64,000 bases of DNA from Vicinamibacteria bacterium (GTDB taxonomy: Bacteria > Acidobacteriota > Vicinamibacteria > Marinacidobacterales > Marinacidobacteraceae). The notes beneath the pieces were generated by a model that searched no databases, was not told the origin of the DNA, and saw nothing but the letters and a program-made list of their open reading frames with translations. Location: assembly GCA_963422395.1 (NCBI GenBank), contig OY729431.1, positions 1,024,001 to 1,088,000 of the forward strand, read 5' to 3'. Position numbers and translations under genes: made by a program. Below, one piece after another: positions 59,212 to 64,000 of this stretch. How positions within the stretch are numbered: position 1 is the first letter of the stretch; every line of letters begins with the position of its first letter.

Positions 59212-60108
59212 ATGTCGCAGCGCGGCTTTCGGAAGGTGGCGGAGCAGGTCTTCCTCCGGCATGGTCCGGGGAAGGACGCCGCGCTCGCTTCCGATCCACT
59301 CGAATTCCCGCGTCGCTTCACAACCTCCGAGGATCGCGAGGCCGCGGCTTTTCTCGCTGCTTCGCTCGCTTACGGCAACGCCGTCACCGTGCGCTCGTCG
59401 TTGTCCCGAATCTTCGCCTGGACCGGCCCCCGCCCAGCGGATTTCCTCCGGACGCTGACCCGGGGCCGCGGGCTCGCCGGACTCCGGGGTTTCCGGCACC
59501 GCCGGAGTAGCGCAGAGGATGTGGTCGGTCTCGGCCTCGTCCTGCGCGGTCTGCTCGAAGTGCACGGGACGCTCGAAGCGGCCTTCCAGCGCGGGATCGT
59601 CCCGGGAGACCACGCCAGGGCGGATCTCGGCGCCAGCATCGTGCGGTTTCGTGAGGAAGCGCTTCGTTTCCAGCCGAAAGCCGCGGTAGCCGGTCCCGGC
59701 GTCCGCTTCTTCTTCCCGAGCCCCCGGACTTCCGCGGCCAAGCGGATGGCCATGTTCCTCCGCTGGGTCGTTCGCGAAGACGATGGGCTGGATCTCGGGC
59801 TCTGGCGCTGCCTCGACCCGCGCGACCTGGTGGTGCCGCTGGACACCCACATGTTCCGCATCGCGCGCAGGCTGCGCCTCACCGCCCGAAAAACTCCGGG
59901 CTGGCCGGCGGCGCTGGATCTGACCCGGGCGCTCGCACAGCTCGATCCTGCGGATCCGACGAAATACGACTTCGCCCTCAGCCGCCTCGGCATCGTCGAG
60001 GGTTGTCCCCGCCACCCCCGGAGCGACCCCTGTGAGCTCTGCCGGTTGTTCCACCGTCCTCGCCTCCGTTCCCGAGGGGACACTCCGCCGAGACCGCTCA
60101 CGCGATAA
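59212..60108 (+). CDS. TIGR02757/DUF2400-family protein (HhH-GPD-like)
   Basis: DPLEFP, LAYG, KR..MFLRW.VR, DLGLW, PLDTH, DP.DP.KYDFAL. Confidence 0.88.
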   Translation: MSQRGFRKVAEQVFLRHGPGKDAALASDPLEFPRRFTTSEDREAAAFLAASLAYGNAVTVRSSLSRIFAWTGPRPADFLRTLTRGRGLAGLRGFRHRRSSAEDVVGLGLVLRGLLEVHGTLEAAFQRGIVPGDHARADLGASIVRFREEALRFQPKAAVAGPGVRFFFPSPRTSAAKRMAMFLRWVVREDDGLDLGLWRCLDPRDLVVPLDTHMFRIARRLRLTARKTPGWPAALDLTRALAQLDPADPTKYDFALSRLGIVEGCPRHPRSDPCELCRLFHRPRLRSRGDTPPRPLTR

Positions 60109-60127
60109 CGCTGCCGCTCCGCTCGGT

Positions 60128-60430
60128 CCGAGAGGGCTTGGACCCGTCCCGTGGCTGGAAAACACCGGTTGCGCCCGAAGCGGAGCTTCGGGAGCGTCGC
60201 AGCGGGGGAAAGTGTGAAAGGGGGTTCACCCCCGTTCACAGCATGGTGATTTCGAATCGGACTCGCTGCCGCCGGTTCCAGCCTGACGGCGAATCGAGAC
60301 TGGGGAGGGATCGAGCGGCAGGAGTGCGATTCGCGGCGCGGAGCGCCGGGCGGTCCGGGAACGGGGCGTTGTCTCTTCTCGCGAGGGAGCGGGACGCAGT
60401 ATCACCTCACGCCCCGTTCCCGGACCGCTC
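60128..60430 (+). repeat. Repeat family A, locus 4 (one full unit)
   Basis: Palindrome at 60214-60239; colinear with the 297-bp unit of locus 1; same terminal CGCCCCGTTCCCGGACCGCTC. Confidence 0.9.
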
Positions 60431-60440
60431 AGACGCAGAC

Positions 60441-62048
60441 TCAGCGGACCGTTACGCGAGAGCGGTCGGTGAGGGTGCCCTGGGCGCGTTCGACGGCGAC
60501 GATCGCCTTGTTGTAGTCGATGATCGCCTGAAGTTCGTTGGCGCGCGCCTGGGCGAGGTCGCGCTGAGACTGCACGATGAAGTAACTGGTCGTCATCCCG
60601 ACCTCGAACTTCTTCTGTTCCGCATCGAGCCGCTGTTCTTCCAGCTCGCGCGCGACCCGGCTGGCATCGATCCGGCGCCGATTCGTCTGGACCTGCCGCA
60701 CCGCGCTGCGGACTTCCTGGGCGATCTGGACTTCCTGTTGCCGGATCGCTTCGCGCTGACGATTGAGGTCGGTCTGTGCCTGGGCGTGGCTGGCGTGGGC
60801 CTGGTTCGGGCCGATCGGGTAGGAGAAAGAGAGCCCGAGCTGCCAATCGCGGTAGTCGAGCCCTCCCATCTGCGAGAGGGCGTCGGCGTAGCCGCCGGGA
60901 ATCGTCTGGACCGCCTGGCCGAAGAACCCCTCGCGGACGAGTTCCGTCCCTCCGACACCGGTGAGCTGAATGAGGCCCACCAGGTCCACTTGCGGCAGCG
61001 TCTGGTTCCGGAAGAAGCGGACATCGTATTCTTCGGTGTCCAGCTGGGCCCGCTGCGAACGCAGCTCTGGGCGGCGGTCGAGCGCGATGCGGATCGCCTC
61101 GATGTGCTCCACCGCGTAGTCCTCCACGGTGGGGGCGTCGGCGGGCTGGATGGCACCGTCCCAGAACCCCGGAGCGTCCGGATCCCGGATGAGAGCCTTC
61201 ACTGCGTCCTCGGTCTGGCGGATCTGATTCTCGGCGAGGATGAGTGCTTCTTCCCGGGCAGCGACTTCGGCCTCGGCCTGCAGGACATCGATCGGCGCCA
61301 TCGTTCCGACTTCCACCTGCACCTGGTTGTTCCGCAGCAGGTCGCGGGCGAGTTCGAGCGACTGGACGGCCACTTCGTGGCTGCGGATCGCGAACACCAG
61401 ATCCCAGTATGCGTTTTCCACATCCCGCAGTACATCGAGCACGCTGCGCTCGAAATCGTGGCCAGCCTGCCGCTCGCCGTTTTGAGAGACCACGATCTGG
61501 CGGCGCTCGGGGTCAGCCCGGAAGTTCTGGAGCAGCGGCTGGGTCACCTGCGCGTTGAGTGCGCTGCGGTAACGGGGATTGAAGTTGGAGAAGGCGCTGT
61601 TGGTGGCGAAGCGGTTGTTGTTGAACTGGACCGAGTAGCGAGCGCCGAAGGGGAGCTGCTGTTCGAATCGCAGGTTGTAGTTCATGGTGTCACGCTCGTT
61701 CAGGTCCGCGCCGTCGAGCTGGGTCTCCGCAGGAGACAGGCTCTCTTGCAGGTTCGTATCGAGGACCAGATTCGGCGTGAACACCCGGCGCGCCGCCGAG
61801 AGGGCGAGCCCGAAGGACTGCCGGTTCAACCGGGAGATCCGGACGCTCAGGTTGTTTTCCAGCGCCTGCTGGATCGCTTCCTCGAGGCTGAGAACCGCCG
61901 GCGCCGGCTGCGTGGGCGAATCCTCCTCCGCTCGGGACGCTGACGCCGCTCCGGATCCGAACGGAGCCGCGAGGGAGTGGGCCGCGAAAAAAGAGGGGGC
62001 CACGAGGGCCATCGTCACGAGGGCCGGGATCGCGGTGGGGCTTCGCAT
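60441..62048 (-). CDS. TolC-family outer membrane protein
   Basis: ATG 62048 with AGGAG SD, signal peptide, LSLEEAIQQALENNL, VTQPLL, VENAYWDL, LPQVDL. Confidence 0.9.
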   Translation of the reverse strand: MRSPTAIPALVTMALVAPSFFAAHSLAAPFGSGAASASRAEEDSPTQPAPAVLSLEEAIQQALENNLSVRISRLNRQSFGLALSAARRVFTPNLVLDTNLQESLSPAETQLDGADLNERDTMNYNLRFEQQLPFGARYSVQFNNNRFATNSAFSNFNPRYRSALNAQVTQPLLQNFRADPERRQIVVSQNGERQAGHDFERSVLDVLRDVENAYWDLVFAIRSHEVAVQSLELARDLLRNNQVQVEVGTMAPIDVLQAEAEVAAREEALILAENQIRQTEDAVKALIRDPDAPGFWDGAIQPADAPTVEDYAVEHIEAIRIALDRRPELRSQRAQLDTEEYDVRFFRNQTLPQVDLVGLIQLTGVGGTELVREGFFGQAVQTIPGGYADALSQMGGLDYRDWQLGLSFSYPIGPNQAHASHAQAQTDLNRQREAIRQQEVQIAQEVRSAVRQVQTNRRRIDASRVARELEEQRLDAEQKKFEVGMTTSYFIVQSQRDLAQARANELQAIIDYNKAIVAVERAQGTLTDRSRVTVR

Positions 62049-62257
62049 GGGGTTTCTCCTGCAGATGGGACAGAGGGGCGGCCGCCGATGACGGCGACCC
62101 CGAGCAAGACGCGCTCGGGCCGAATTTTCTACGCCCGTCCTCCGAATACGAACCCTGCCGGGCTTCGGGTTCCCTTCCGGGCGCGCTGTGCCGCCTGATA
62201 CCGTGAGCCGGAACCTGTGGATAGTGTCGCGGGAGCCTTCTCCACGGGCTGCGAACC

Positions 62258-63043
62258 GTGAGGCTGCGGCTGGATCTCGCCTACGACGGGACCGGGTTCG
62301 CGGGTTGGCAGCTCCAGCCCGGAAGGGACACCATCCAGGGCCGGGTGGAGGAGGCCCTCCGCCGTCTCTACCGCCTTCCTCGGGGAGCCCGGCTCGCAGT
62401 CGTCGGCGCCGGAAGGACCGATGCCGGAGTGCATGCCGAACAGCAGGTGGCGCACTTCGATGCTCCCCACCGGATCCCCCCCGCGGGAGTCCGTGCCGGG
62501 GTGAACGGACTGTTGCCTGGAGCCATCCGGGTATCGAGCGCACACGAGGTTCCGGACGGATTTCACGCGCGGTACGACGCCGTGGAGAAGACCTACCGGT
62601 ATCACTTGCTCCCCACCGCTTCGGTTTCGCCGCTGCGTGCCCGGTACGCCTGGCCGGTCGGAGACGGACTTCTCCGGGCGCCCATGGAAGAAGCTGCCCG
62701 GGCCTTCGTGGGCCGCCACGACTTCCGCGCTTTCTTCGCCGCGCCGCCGGGCGATCCGCCTTCGAGCCCGTTTCGCGTGGTGACCACAGCCCGCTGGCTC
62801 GACGATGAGGGGTTCCGGATCTTCGAGGTGAGCGCCGATGGGTTCCGGCGTTACCTGGTGCGCCGGATGGTGGGAACGCTGGTCGCAGTGGGTCGGGGAC
62901 AGCTCCCCCCCGGGCGCGTGGGCGAGATGCTTCGCGACCCCGCGATCGCCGGGCCGCGGTTTCGGGCGCCGGCGGCCGGTCTCAGGCTTCACCGCGTGGA
63001 CTACCGCGGCGAGGGGCTCTCGCCCGCTCTGCCTCCGGGGTGA
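62258..63043 (+). CDS. truA: tRNA pseudouridine(38-40) synthase
   Basis: YDGTGFAGWQ, AGRTDAGVHA, FHARY, G.HDF.AF, VRRMVG, APAAGL. Confidence 0.96.
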   Translation: MRLRLDLAYDGTGFAGWQLQPGRDTIQGRVEEALRRLYRLPRGARLAVVGAGRTDAGVHAEQQVAHFDAPHRIPPAGVRAGVNGLLPGAIRVSSAHEVPDGFHARYDAVEKTYRYHLLPTASVSPLRARYAWPVGDGLLRAPMEEAARAFVGRHDFRAFFAAPPGDPPSSPFRVVTTARWLDDEGFRIFEVSADGFRRYLVRRMVGTLVAVGRGQLPPGRVGEMLRDPAIAGPRFRAPAAGLRLHRVDYRGEGLSPALPPG

Positions 63044-63069
63044 ATCGCTGCTGCTAAATTTCTGCCTTC

Positions 63070-63909
63070 GTGCCTGCGCTCGTCGAATTCGCGCCCCGGA
63101 CGGAGACGGCCGGACTCTTGCAGCAAATCGACCGCACCCGGCTCCCGCGCCATGTGGCGGCGATCATGGACGGCAACGGCCGCTGGGCGGCGCGGAAGGG
63201 CCTGGAGCGGGTGCAGGGGCACAGCGCCGGGGTGGGCGCAGTGCGGGATACCGTCGAAGGGGCTGCCGGTCTCGGGCTCGACACGCTCACTCTCTTCGCT
63301 TTCTCGATCGAGAACTGGAGTCGTCCCCGCGACGAGATCGAAGTTCTGATGGATCTCGTGAAGCACTACCTGGCGGTCGAGACCGCGAACCTGATCGAGA
63401 ACGACATCTGCTTCCGGGCGATCGGCCGTCTCGGCGGCCTGCCCCTCGATGTGCAGCGGATAGTTTCGGAGACCACCGAGGCAACGGCCGGCTGTCGGGG
63501 ACTTCGGCTGAACATAGCCCTGAACTACAGCGGCCGGGCTGAGATCGTGGATGCGGCCCGGCGGATCGCCGTCCGAGCCGCCCGGGAGGGGCGCGTTCCG
63601 GACTTCGACGAGGACGGCTTTGCCGCGGAGCTCGATACGAAGGGTTCGCCCGAGCTCGACCTGCTCATTCGCACGAGCGGGGAGAGGCGGGTCTCCAACT
63701 TCCTGCTGTTCCAGATGGCCTACGCCGAGTTCTGGACCACCGAGACTCTCTGGCCGGATTTCCGTCGGGAGGATCTCTACCGGGCGATCCTTTGGTTCCA
63801 GAACCGGAGCCGCCGCTACGGCGGCGTCCCTGCGGCCGGACCGGGCGAAACCGCCCCGCTGGCCGATGCGTCTTCGGGGGTCCGCCAGATGCGGGCCATC
63901 CGGGGGTAG
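63070..63909 (+). CDS. uppS: Undecaprenyl diphosphate synthase
   Basis: HVAAIMDGNGRWA, FAFSIENWSRP, NYSGR, IRTSGE.RVSNF, WPDF, RRYG. Confidence 0.97.
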   Translation: MPALVEFAPRTETAGLLQQIDRTRLPRHVAAIMDGNGRWAARKGLERVQGHSAGVGAVRDTVEGAAGLGLDTLTLFAFSIENWSRPRDEIEVLMDLVKHYLAVETANLIENDICFRAIGRLGGLPLDVQRIVSETTEATAGCRGLRLNIALNYSGRAEIVDAARRIAVRAAREGRVPDFDEDGFAAELDTKGSPELDLLIRTSGERRVSNFLLFQMAYAEFWTTETLWPDFRREDLYRAILWFQNRSRRYGGVPAAGPGETAPLADASSGVRQMRAIRG

Positions 63910-63962
63910 CACTTCTTCTCTCCGGAGGTCGGGCTGCGTTTTCTGGGCCTCAGCCGGGTACG

Positions 63963-64000
63963 GTGAAGCGCCTCCTGAGCGGGGCGACGGTGGCCGCCGC
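63963..64000 (+). CDS. Probable start of phosphatidate cytidylyltransferase (partial)
   Basis: GTG-KRLLSGATVAA after uppS; only 12 codons are visible and the call rests on usual uppS-cdsA synteny. Confidence 0.4.
   Translation, partial: MKRLLSGATVAA

Overview
This is a high-GC (about 70%) bacterial chromosomal window of mostly core genes. Gene content is consistent with an Acidobacteriota-like, possibly host-associated, diderm; that is inference only. Core blocks are tRNA-Leu-tig-clpP-clpX-engB-rho-rpmE-prfA-prmC, lspA-lgt-rluD-pyrR-pyrB-pyrC, truA-uppS, rnr, lhr, selB, kynU and apaH/ppx. Accessory genes include a SorAB-type sulfite dehydrogenase pair, a divergent PQQ enzyme, an RND efflux operon, and a TonB-dependent receptor plus two lipoproteins next to phoB/phoR. 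The most notable signals missed by the ORF track are: (1) a membrane-anchored PCxCGC protein that reads through an in-frame TGA to give a UxxC motif, with a textbook SECIS hairpin and selB in the same window; (2) a 250-300 bp multi-hairpin repeat family with compensatory base changes at four loci, in head-to-tail arrays sharing one fixed end; (3) a MITE family with YTAR target sites, two inverted copies of which bracket phoBR; (4) a strong window-wide depletion of the tetranucleotide ACGT.
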